Shown here: positions 1 through 11,200 of the stretch, piece after piece
Position numbering within the stretch: position 1 is the stretch's first letter
How the letters are laid out: each line of letters begins with the position of its first letter
DNA from: Klebsormidium nitens
Lineage: Eukaryota; Plantae; Klebsormidiophyceae
Length of the DNA: 64,000 nt
Assembly: GCA_000708835.1 (NCBI GenBank)
Contig: DF237039.1
Coordinates: forward strand, 124,001 to 188,000
Direction of reading: 5' to 3'
Notes under the pieces: generated by a model
Seen by the model: only the letters and a program-made list of their open reading frames with translations
Told to the model about the DNA's origin: nothing
The model's database searches: none
Translations under genes and position numbers: made by a program

Positions 1-2123
1 AGCGGATGCAAGCTCGTTTCCGGTCTTCGGTGACTTTGAGATGGCTGGAACCTAGTCAGGGCGAGAAATAAATAAGGAAGATCATCAGGCTTTAGCATAT
101 CTGAGAAGTTCAATCTGGGGCTTGCCTGGACTCCAGCAAGTGGAAAATCTGGACCAAGCCGAAGACACCACAGCTGCGGAGGTCAGTCGCCGGGTCCGTG
201 CCTGAGATAGGAGTCAGGAAGTAGGCTGATTGCTTCGACTTGGTCCAGAGCTACGACGAGAGCGATTGATATTGATGCCCTTGTCCCGCTCAAATACACT
301 TGAAAAGCTGCAACTTGCAACTGTTCAGAAGAGGCTTCTACATCAGATTCCATCCGCTCGTGGAAAATCATAGCGTCGCCCCTTGCGATGACAGATTTGT
401 TTTCATTCCTAAGACCTACAAGGCACGTGTAGCTTTTTCGCTCAGTGTCCTCAATGATTGCTTCAAAGGCATCCGCTATACTCTCACCTTGGAAACCAAT
501 AACTTCCCAATGGGGCCCAAACCGTGTTGCTGTCTGGACACCTGTCAACTTCGTGTAGATTGACTCAAGCAGGCGGATATCCAGTGGCTCGTCCTCCTGC
601 AGCGGCAGCTTGGCCATCCGCAGCACCTGCTTCGTCTGTTCGTCCTGCTGCACGGCAGGTGTTGACCTAAAGCAGCAGTTGGCCGACGCGAGCAACGCGC
701 TCGAACCTCTGGAAACAGGTTGGAGACGATGATTAAGCCAAAGCAACAGTTCCATGTCTCTGGCGATGCCTTTCAAGAGCGCTTCGTGGCACGCGCGTGA
801 AAGGTCGGCAAGCGGACTGCACAGAGAGCATCATCAGCATGTGTCTGCAGGCAAAGGACGCTTGATCTTGCATTGGCTAAAGTGGCGGCTGTCAAGTGGA
901 GTGGATCAGTATCTAAAACCTTCCTTTGCGGATTTGAAGTGCATGTATCAGTTGCAGATTCCGTCGTGTACTTCGGTATGGTTATCACTGTGCCAAACCC
1001 TTCTCTCCTCTATCACGAAGGCAAATCTGAGCTGAGAGTCGTGGAGCTTGGACTTCCAAACGGCCACTTAACGGCTGCAGCTTACGAAAGACGTCTCAGA
1101 AGAAAGCTTCATGATCAAATGGTGCTGAGATGTACCTCGTCTTTGAAGCCGGAGCTGGTGCAGAAGTATCACGTATGCGGGAAGTATAATTTCCGCTTAT
1201 GTAGTGCTCGACCTCCTTCCAGGTGAGAAGATTTGATTGTCCATTCTCGGTACAGCTTTCTGCAGTTTGAAGAATACTGTTACGGACACTCCTTACATCC
1301 AGCTACAAAGAGTCTCTCAATCATGCTGGGGCCTGATCGTAGATATTCTATGTGATCTTCTTCGATCTTAGAACCTTGTTGTGCTTATGACGAGGAGCTC
1401 TTTGTCAGCAAGACCACACCTTTTAACAATTTCTGGCGTTCTGCTTGATTGAATTTTATAAAAGCTGTAATCATCAAGATGCACCTTCAGCATCTTTTTA
1501 ATCAAGGGATTTGCATCATTACCTCTTTCTAAGTGCTGAAAACCTGCAACGCTGGGCGTTTGACTTGAGAGCTGCTCCGGTGTACGCCACGTATCCTCTT
1601 GCCAGTGGGAGAGAGTAAGCTCCGATGAAATCTGCTCACTTCCATCAGAGAGGTCAACTGATGACACTTTCTCACTTTCAGTGCCCCGTTGCAAATCAAT
1701 CACTTGAGGGATGCTGAGAATACCATCTGTATGTACAATGTGCTCTGACTCTGCTTGCACAATTTTAGTGCTCGCTGTACTGGGAATAGAGGGAGCGCTC
1801 TCCTCGAGTAACTTCACCATTGGTCGAGCTCCCCAAGGCACCTCTTGCAAGGTACTGTTTAGGCAAGTGGGTGTGACACATAGACTCTTGGAAACGTTAG
1901 GCACGTGCGTGACCTCCTCAACCACTGGCAAGTCGGCTGCAGATGTTATATCAGCAATGATGGCTGCTGCGGAATCCTCTCTTGGTTGGCTCACGACAGC
2001 TTCCTCATCCGCATTGTGATATGCAACACATTCCAGCACATCTGGAACGACTCTAGCCACAGCAATTGATTCCATGATTTGGTCAAAGGTCCCTTTGCTC
2101 TTGCTTACGTTGATAGTTTCCAT
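1..2123 (-). CDS. ELMO/CED-12 domain protein (ELMOD3-like Arf/Arl GAP), multi-exon, 3' end outside window
   Basis: Exon 816..488 reads ...IRLLESIYTKLTGVQTATRFGPHWEVIGFQ. It splices (GTGAG donor at 487, AG acceptor at 203-202) to an exon starting at 201 that reads GTDPATDLRSCGVFGLVQIFHLL. This gives the ELMO-domain signature HWxxIGFQGxDPATDLR. Probable upstream exons are 1259..1136 and part of ORF 1368..2123 (low-complexity). The 5' end is not resolved. Confidence 0.8.
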
Positions 2124-2929
2124 ATTCAGGTCAGCAACATCTAGGTCTATAGCAGAAATAGCAGAGGCAGGACAAAGCCCAGCTCAGTCTGAATTTATAG
2201 TTGGCATGCTGCATCCAGCTCCATCTTGCACAGAAGTTGTCAAGGCGCTAGTACAACGAAGATCATTTCTTGAAATGCTGTCATGTGGTAGTATTGAGAA
2301 CCGCTCATCAAAAGCTTAAAGAAGCCATTGTGTGCTATGCAAGCTCTCTGAAGAGGCTCTCAGGAGTCGCATGGCCTTCCTTCAAGAATGGCTGGACTTT
2401 AAGCTGGCTCTCTCTGGCCCCCTATCTAGTAGCTGGCCGTTTGCTCCCATTTGGGCAGGTAGCTCTTGCTTTCTCATGATCGTTGATTTGAGATCACGGA
2501 TGCGATGACTATAAGACAGTAAGAGTCTGCTGTACTGCTGGTCTCGAGCCTGAGGCAGTCTAATCGTTTGTTATAAGGTACCTAAGAATTAAAACATTGA
2601 CTTAGGTGGATAAGCTAGAGATAAGCTTTAGGTAAACTTACAAAGGTGAATACAAGCAGCCGCGCCTGCAGGGCCGACGGGTCAGTGGGGTTAGTATGGA
2701 GCTTATCTAGGGTGGTTACGGGTGCGGAGCGGATAATCACATAGTTGCTGAATTTTAGTGTCGAAAGCTTCGTTCTTTCTAGGACCTATATCTTGTGCTA
2801 TGACTTGCTATGACTAGGTATTCTAGAAAAATATGTCCTTATGCTCAGGGCCGTCGATCCGATCCTGCCAACTTCTAACGAACCCTGCGTGCTCGCGCAC
2901 TTTATTTATCGACGACTCTGAATTGAGTC

Positions 2930-3060
2930 TTGACGTGTCGTGACGCCTGCCAGGTCACACTTTATTGATCATCATTACGATTTTAATGGGGCTGACGTCT
3001 TCATCTGTGGTGATGTCATTTTTGCGAATTCATGGTCACGCGCAAACACGTCACCGTACC
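2930..3060. promoter_or_regulatory. Cluster of TGACG/ACGT (bZIP C-box/as-1-like) motifs in divergent intergenic region
   Basis: TGACGTG, GTGACG, TGACGTC, TGATGTCA and CACGTCAC lie within about 130 bp, upstream of the minus-strand ELMOD gene. Function is not demonstrated. Confidence 0.3.
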
Positions 3061-5279
3061 TACTGGCAATTCCTTGTCTCCTAAGGGGCTTGTCGCCTAA
3101 CAATCAGAAGCCCCGGGCACCACAACCATAAATCCTAACCCAGATCTTTACGCGCTTCGCACCCAAAGCCTCCCTAACCACCAAACCAAACCTACCCGTC
3201 CCCCGGCCTATGACGATATGAGACAAGCCCCTTACGAGACAAGGGAGTTGCCACACGTACCGCACTGGCACGTGGAGCGTTTGAACGGCGGTCGATGAAA
3301 GTCGAGAATTATAGATCGAAAGTTAGAAATGTGAGGACATTTATATACCGTCCCGGCAAAGAAATTCATCTTTTATCAATTATTTGGAGCCAACGAGAAA
3401 AGTTGGGAAGTTATTCGGGCGGAATTCACTAACCAAACAACGTTAACCTGCGGATAAACCTGTAGGTTAAGGTCTGGGGAGAAATGTAAAAAGAAACGAA
3501 ACTATTCATTCGCGGCGCGAGCCTCAGTATGGGGTGAATTGCTTTGGGGGTTTTAAGGGTGCGTGTGTACGAGTTCTTTCAGCAGGTAATTTTCAGGTTA
3601 GGGACCAGGGTTTCTTTTTCCAATTCTTGTTTACTTTGAGAAGTTAATATGTAATCGTTATTCCTAAATTTTAGACCGTTACATACATAGCACGCTCTGC
3701 TCGGGCCGCAGCATATAGCCTGACGTCATGGTAGTACTTGCGTGAGCTGAAAAGCATGAGCGAGATATTCTGCGCATATGGGTCTTGACTCAGGCCAGAT
3801 GTTGTCCACTTGTCACCATTGCAGGAGCTCTCTAGACTCTGCGCGCAGTCAGTGCGATATTCAATCATTGATTCAATGGACCGGTCCACGGGCCAGGGAA
3901 CGCACATACGCTATAGAGCTAGGTACCTGTTCCCAAGGGGCGGGCCGCGACCCTCACGGACCGTGTCTTCAAGTTGGTACCTAGGACCGGGCCACCTACT
4001 CTACCTCTAGAGGAATGTTACATGTACCTACATTGTACGGCGGCGGTACAGTAGGACCACTGGGCCACTGGCACATGATGCTCTTGTAGAGCTCCAGGGA
4101 CCAGGCTGTGATTGTTGCAAGTTGCAACGTCCAAGTCCGGACCTGCATGCAGCGGGCCATGACTCTGAGCTTCCATCAAGGAGTCGACTTGGAAGTTGGA
4201 AGAGGACGACACCTGGAGTCCTGGACGACACAATGCAATGGCCGCCTCAGCTGTTTGCCGAGGTGCTTTGAAGGCATGGAATTGAAACCTGTTTGACAAC
4301 CAGGACTAGCGGTTCAGGTGGCTCCTAGGCTGCCCCTATCCCCTGATGCAATCACTGTCAATGTGATCAGCTGTCTCTGCCCATAATGTGAATGCTGTGC
4401 AAGTGGACAAACTAGATGATGAGCGCTGCAGTGAATAGGAGTGCATCGATGTTGCACTTGTAAGCAGTGCAACGAGCTCCTTGGAGTCTTTGCATAGCAG
4501 ACTCCCGGAAGTCTGGCACTGTCATTGGCAACAGACAAAGGTACAGACAGCTTTTCCAGGTAAGGGCTGACAGAGCTATTATCAGCAATTCTTGCAGCCC
4601 ATCACACAAAGCGACTAGGTGATGTGCCACTAAGTCACGATGTACGTCAAATCTGGTTTAGATATTTTGCACTTTTAGAATGGTTCCAGTACCGCTGGGA
4701 GAGTTTGGGTAACCCCTGGAGACAGAATACTTCAGGACAGCATGTCAATGTCAGACCCTTTCAGCAGAGTTGAATCTGCTTGATGTCAATCTGCTTAAGC
4801 TACCTTTGGTTCGCGCTCCTGGAATCCAAGAAGCTTTGCAAACTATTTCCCCTTCCTACGAAAAGCAATGCATTTTCAAGTGCACGAGGCTTGATTAGGG
4901 TCACTCTTCTGTTCCTCTCAGCAAGGCTATGCATCTCTTCTGTTTACCAATTATCATTTATCAGGCTAACAGGCCTCAATTCAGTCCCTTCTCTGATGGA
5001 AGATAGAAAGTTATGCAGTTGCTTTGGCTTTAAAACCAGGTTGGACCCCACAAAGACTCGGTCATTTATACTCGGTCTAAGTGTACAGTCGTCATTGACT
5101 GAGTGCACCAGACACCGTAGTCCAAGGAGCAAACCTTGATCTGGCAAAGCTTTAATTAGCCTTTCAATTAGCCCTTTTAATTAGCTCGTTGTGCATTGCG
5201 GCTGCACTTCCATGAGGACCACTCAGCGGAACACGACACATTGCAGATGCTTGCTTTCTCCTTCGTCAGGACGTGAATC

Positions 5280-8200
5280 ATGGGAGATACAGTTCTCGAG
5301 CTGGGGCCGAGCAGCGGAGGGAACCAGATTCAGGTGGGTGCTATCGCAGATTTGTGAGACATATGCCTCTGAATATAGACAGCAACGCACCCGGTGAATT
5401 AATCAATTAAGAGCCTGATTGACACAATCTCCAGGAAACAGAAAGTATACAGATATAGAACAAAATAATACCAACATTCCAATATGGTCAGAGGTACTCA
5501 GGTTATGGTGATTAGGAAGCTGCAGTGAGGGCACCGGCTCATGTCAGGAACTTGCAGAGATATTCCTCGTGTGATTTCACCTGGATTACCATCTTTTGGA
5601 AGAAGATGCCCTCCTGTAATGGATTGAGATCTACTTTTCTGCTCTCAAAGTGCAGCAATTGGGGAAAGACGCCATCCACTTCTATGCAAGCTCTTAAAAG
5701 ACACTAAGAGATTTGAGGAACCTTATAGTAGACGCTGCCCCCCAGCACTTAAAGCTGATTTGTTTCTGCCCTTCTGACAAGCGGTCACATACTGTTTCCT
5801 AAAGGTTCACATTTATGCTGTGAGAAGAATCTCAAAGATGCTGGACGCGTACTATCTGATTGCATGTTTTCGAAATGCTGGACTGTTCCTGTACGCTCTC
5901 AGGAGGCAAAGACTGTGCGATCTTTGGGCATCAAGACTCCTGAACCTGGAAGTATAAAGCGGGCGCTCACCAGAGGACGCAGCGCGAAGAAATTGGCATC
6001 AAGGAAGCAGGCAAGTGGATTGATGAGTGTTGGCATCAGGCTCCATAGCCACTTGTTCAGGCTTCCAAAAGTGGAAGGTGCACGGGATGATAGAGAATCT
6101 GACCAAGCTTCAAGAAAGCTTCAATGGTTGAGCGTCAGTACGTGCCCCGTCCATCTTCAGAGTGGATCGTTTATCCATCTCTTCCTGGACGAGGGCCAGT
6201 ATCCAATAGGATTCACCTTCTCAGTAGATCTTACATGTTAATATACTGATCTGACATGTCATAACCACCCTAGATGGAACCAGCTCAGAACTCGGTTGTG
6301 ACTACTGTCCATTACTCAAACTGACTCTGCCGCGCTTTGTCACAGCCCCTTCCTGGTGATGGCTTCTGGAAGTATGCGCCTGGGTCAGAAGAAGCAGAGG
6401 CCAACCTGCCGTTCAAGGTATGCAATGACACTCAATGGTTCAATGCTTTTCAACGCTGAATGGAATCGCATTCTGATGGATTACCAGCAGACTTAACTCT
6501 CATACCTTACTGAAATTCTCACATAAAGTATCATCTTTTGCAGCCCCTCCCAGGCGACGGCTTCTTCAAGTACCTCGATACATTTGACAGTACGGAGCAC
6601 AATCCGACCTTCCAGGTGTGTGTACTTCGGTGGGAAGTTGAAGTCTGTGCACACATGCAAAAACCTTGCCTCGGCAAGCTATACTAGTCAGCTGAAGGAA
6701 AGACCTCCGTAGCCAAGGACATGCCAGTGCTTCCACCATCTTTGCAATTACTTTTCAGGTGCAAGTCCTATCATCCGCCTTCTGCCTCAGCGTCTGACTG
6801 TTCGATGTTGAACGCAGGTCCCGCAACGGCATCTTCCTAAGAGCCGGGACTCAAGTCCTCCGCTGGGCTGCTTTGGCCAGCAGCGGAAAGCTCGTAAGAG
6901 CGTGACCTTGAAGCCTAAGCAGGTGGGTATCTTTAGACGGTGGCTCTCAGCATTGTATGTGAGGGCGCTTACTCTGAAGCACAGCAGGCCATTGTTTATT
7001 CTTTCATGACTGTCGACTTTGAGGTTCCTGTCTCTGACATCTGACATCCTCGCTTTGGCGGTTATGCGAATACGAAGAGTAAGATTGTTAAGGACTCTTC
7101 ATGGCACGGACCTCCCTTTCTTCCCTTCTGTACATCTTGGCAGAATTTACTCTCCCATTGTATTCAAAGGTCGAAGGGAAGGTTCAGAAGATGGTTGCTT
7201 CTCAGAGGATCATTTCGACGTCAGAAATTGAGTTGTGGAACTCCAACTCAAAAAAATCGAGGAAAGACTTGAACACGCCAGTGACGATTACTGTTATGAC
7301 GCAGGCGACCAAGAGGTCTAAGACCCAGGGTAGAAAGGCTGAACCTTGGACTACAAAGGACGTCAAACTACCTGACCCGAAACCGCTGCATCCGACTCAC
7401 CACCCTGCATTGAGGACTTACAGCAGGAAGCCTGCAGACTTGGCTCCAAAGAAACGGGTAAGCGACACGAAGCAGCTTTTGATGCAAGATCTCAATGAAA
7501 GGAAGTGGTTGCATGCAGGTATCATCAAATGGATTGAGTCGGACTCCCAATCGCCTTTGCAAGAGCTACTTGATTCGGTACTTCGATACTGCTGCTGCAA
7601 AAGACAGTACCTTTAGGCGCCAGATGGCATGGGAAGAGTCGAGTCTGACGTGCTTACAGAGTCAGTAACTAGACTGAAGCATCTTCTTATATCCTACTGT
7701 GTTGCTTCAATGCAGCCGATCCCTGGGGATGGCTACTGGCAGTATTCCGACGAGGCAGCGGTAGCAGTGCCGACCCTGCCGTTCAAGGTATAAGAGGCAT
7801 CTTTGAATCCATCCCAAGCCATTCCAAGATTGCTGCAATCATTTAAGGTTGATGAGTTGGATTGTGGGAACCCCTGGACGTCAGAAACTGCAACTTAAGA
7901 CAACATGACTTCTTTACAGGCTCTCCCTGGCGACGGCTTTTGGCTGTATCCGGCGGGGTCCGAAGAAGCCCGGCACAATCCGGCGTTTCAGGTGCGGCCT
8001 TTCGCCACCAATCCTCTTGACTTCGACAGTTTCTTGTCCTTATTCTGCTTGAGCAGCACGTGTTTGTTCATGCGGTGCAGACTGGTGACGTATCACATCA
8101 TGCAATCCGTTCGTTCATGTCTCGACTTGCGCATGTAGGCCCTTATTGGAGTATGCTCACTATGTGAAGCCGCGATAAGGAAGGCCAGCTAAACTGTCTT

Positions 8201-11200
8201 CTCCTTTTCCACACAGGTTCCACGGCGCGTTCTCGTGAGGCCCACAGAGTCGAGCTCCCCGCTCAAGCGCTTGGCAAAGCGCGCGCCGGGTCTGAAAGAG
8301 ATTGCGCGGAAACAGGTGAGAGGACATTCCTGTTGCTTTTGGAAAAGTACACTGGAGAAGCGGCCGAACTGCGGCTCCTGAGCTATCGCTCACAAACGAA
8401 GCCGGCTTTCGCCCATCGCTTTTCTTGCTCTTCACCAAGAAGACAAATCGTTCAACGTCATTTTGAACCGCCTCTACGTTTTGTGCAGTCTCGTCCAAGC
8501 ACGAAACTTCAAGACACTGCCGCTGTTATCTCAGCAGGGCAGACCAGGGCCACATCATTAGAGGAGAGCGCGGCAGTGCCGATTGAGGTCAGCTCCGACG
8601 CCAAACAGAGCTCAAGACAGCGTACACGTCCGTCAAAGTCGTTCTGAGCGGTATTCTTGCTTTGCTGTGACCTCCAAGCGGAGCTCAATTTTGCCAAAGC
8701 TTTTCCGGGTTGAGAGCGGCATGTGAAAGAGATTGCTGTCACGCGTGAAAAAGTAGAATCGATTGTCATTGCGTTCCTTTCTTTAGATGAGCAGGACGTA
8801 TGGATCACTCTTAGATCGTTCAGCCAATATCATTTTCTTGGAAGCTGAGGGGAGCGTTCCTGTTTTATAGGTTTCTCGACAAAAGTCCCGCGGAAGCAAG
8901 GACTCGAGCTTCGCTTTCAAGGCCTCTCCACGACGCAGGCTGATCCGAAACGTCTCTTCCCAGAAGTCCAGAAAGGTGAGTACCATACTGGGCGCTGAGA
9001 AACGGAACTGCTAGGAGTGAGCTTACGGAGCAGCCAGTTGACACGTCTTGAAGACCAAACCAAGAGCACGGGATTGGGGACGTTAGCCAAGATTGACAGC
9101 CAGCTTGCTACTCTTTCCACCGTGCCGATGCTACGGAAGAACACAATTGCATTGCTGACAAGAGAAAAGGATGAAGAGTCTGTCATTGTTTTGACTTCTT
9201 TTGGGCGGCTGCGCAGAAGAGGGCTTTTACCCGTCTGCTTCACGGTTGTGGTGATATAAACTGGTTCTGAGGAGCGCCCTTTTTAGAAGACTGGATGTGG
9301 AACCCTTGGGGCAGAATTTGGTGCACCGTTTACCGAGCTGACTAATCACTCATCTCCGTGTCTGCAGCCCCTCCCTGGCGACGGCTACTGGCATTATCCA
9401 CTCGGGTCAGAGACCACAGAGGCCAACTTGCCGTTCAAGGTAGGCTCGTGAATGATGAGAAGCACGCTCACACCGAACGTTATCGTCGTCTGCTTCATGA
9501 AATGTTGCTTGATGAGTTGGTTTCGGACGTCGCGGAGATGTACGAGGGCTGACTTGCTCTTGCAATTGGTTTTCCAGGCACTCCCAGGGGACGGGGTGTG
9601 GGTGTACCCGTTTGGGTCAAACGAAGCGCAGCTCAACGCGGCATTTCAGGTACAACACCCCTCCGCTGGTCTGGACCTTCCACGTCAACCTGATGCCTAT
9701 CGAGGCCCATGTTTGAAGCTTCTCTTTTGTTGCTACAGCTTCTTATAGCAGCTGTTCACAACACAAATAGACCGACTTTACACCCTCCGATCGGCTCTAA
9801 TCCCCCTCGTTCAGGCCTTGAAACCCGTGCTCATGCTAGATCAGCTTGAAGTCAACTCTTGTCGGTGCCTGAGTCCTCAACTCGTGCTGAAGACGTGATG
9901 AGCCTCCATGCCAATTGCTGACACCTTTGAATTCCAATTGGAGCAGGTCCCCAGCCGGCTCCTTTCGAAGAGCAGATCCTCGAGTCCTTCGTTCAAGCGC
10001 TTTGCGAACCGCAAGCAGGCCTCCAAGGATACTGAGCCGACGGCGAAGGTGAGGAGACGTTACGAACTGCAGCTAAAGCTCTAATCAGGGACTTTCAACC
10101 TGTGGAAAAAAGGATTCGTTCCGCGCGTTTCATATTGTGCAAGTGAGCACGGTATGCATCACTTTCTCTAGCAGATGACGTTTGTGAAACAGACACGATA
10201 CACAGAATATACCGTTGTTTGAGCTGGTTGTCCTCAGCCCCTCAGGCTTGCCCTGGATCCTTTGACGGCAGAGTAGTCGTGTACTGGCCATCCGCCCTAC
10301 TGCGTTCCGTCAGTGTTTGGGCACCTGATGAACGCAAGACCAGAAACTCGATCCGCTTTTTCGTTTCACAGCAGGAGCCTTCGAGGGAGGCCCTCCAGCA
10401 AACACCGGCAGCGGCCGCTGCGGTGAGCGAAGACGAGCTGATGGAAGAGTCGGCGAGCCCTGTCGAGGTATTTTCAAACACTCATAAAGCCCTAGAAAAG
10501 AATCGGCGTTCAAATCACATAACCGACATTACTCAATCATCAGTCACCTCGGGGAATCCTACGAGCAAACGGAGGGGTGCTTGTAATCATGTATGTGCCC
10601 TCAATGTGCGAACACTTCGCTCCAAAGGAGAGTCGAACGTATTTTCTTCTAGAACCGTTTGATCCAGTGTCTACGCTTGTGAACCATCCGGTTCAGCTGG
10701 AATGCAAGCCGTCATCTTTCTTGTCGCGGTTCCCGTTTGCACGGTCGAAAGCACCAACTTTACGAAGCTATACCTACAGGAAACTGAACGGGGCAGCGTA
10801 CAGGCCATCTTGTCATGGAAGCGCTTTGAGTTGTTTTTCCAGTGCCACTTTGGCAACTTCCCGTCCATGGTATACTGCGTTTTATTAGCCTTCACCCTAT
10901 TTGGCTTACGTTAGGAATGCTCTCATCGTTAAGCTCTGTTTCGATTCTTACTAAAAGATCACATTTGCAGGTCGAAAGCGCGCCTCCGGTCCTCACAGAG
11001 CCTCCCGTTTTGGCCACCAAGAGACCACGGAGCGCTTTGGGAGTCATATCGCCGTCAGAGGGAGGGATGCGGAGCGTGAAGCTGGTCAAACGCGAGGTAA
11101 CTGCCTCGAATGCCGCTCGAGTTCTCTTTTCCCGATCTCCGTCTCTTCTGATCGGTCTTCAATCATTCTGTTTGGCGCCTTCATCTGAGCAGCGGCTGTT

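Noticed and set aside
2727-2736. GAGCGGATAA resembling the lac operator (vector contamination)
   Set aside because: Only a 10-bp match, with no flanking lac or vector sequence.
3130-3610. Telomeric (TTTAGGG) array
   Set aside because: Only isolated CCCTAACC/GGTTAGGG words; no tandem array.
5151-5186. Three copies of TTT(A/C)ATTAGC; also TCAG repeats at ~44555-44580 and AGTACTTCTGTAC x2 at ~57685-57715
   Set aside because: Ordinary short slippage repeats in introns or UTRs with no further structure.
6346-9649. Regularly recurring similar sequences as a CRISPR-like or satellite array
   Set aside because: The repeats are degenerate at synonymous positions, bounded by AG/GT, and conserved as protein. 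They are exons.
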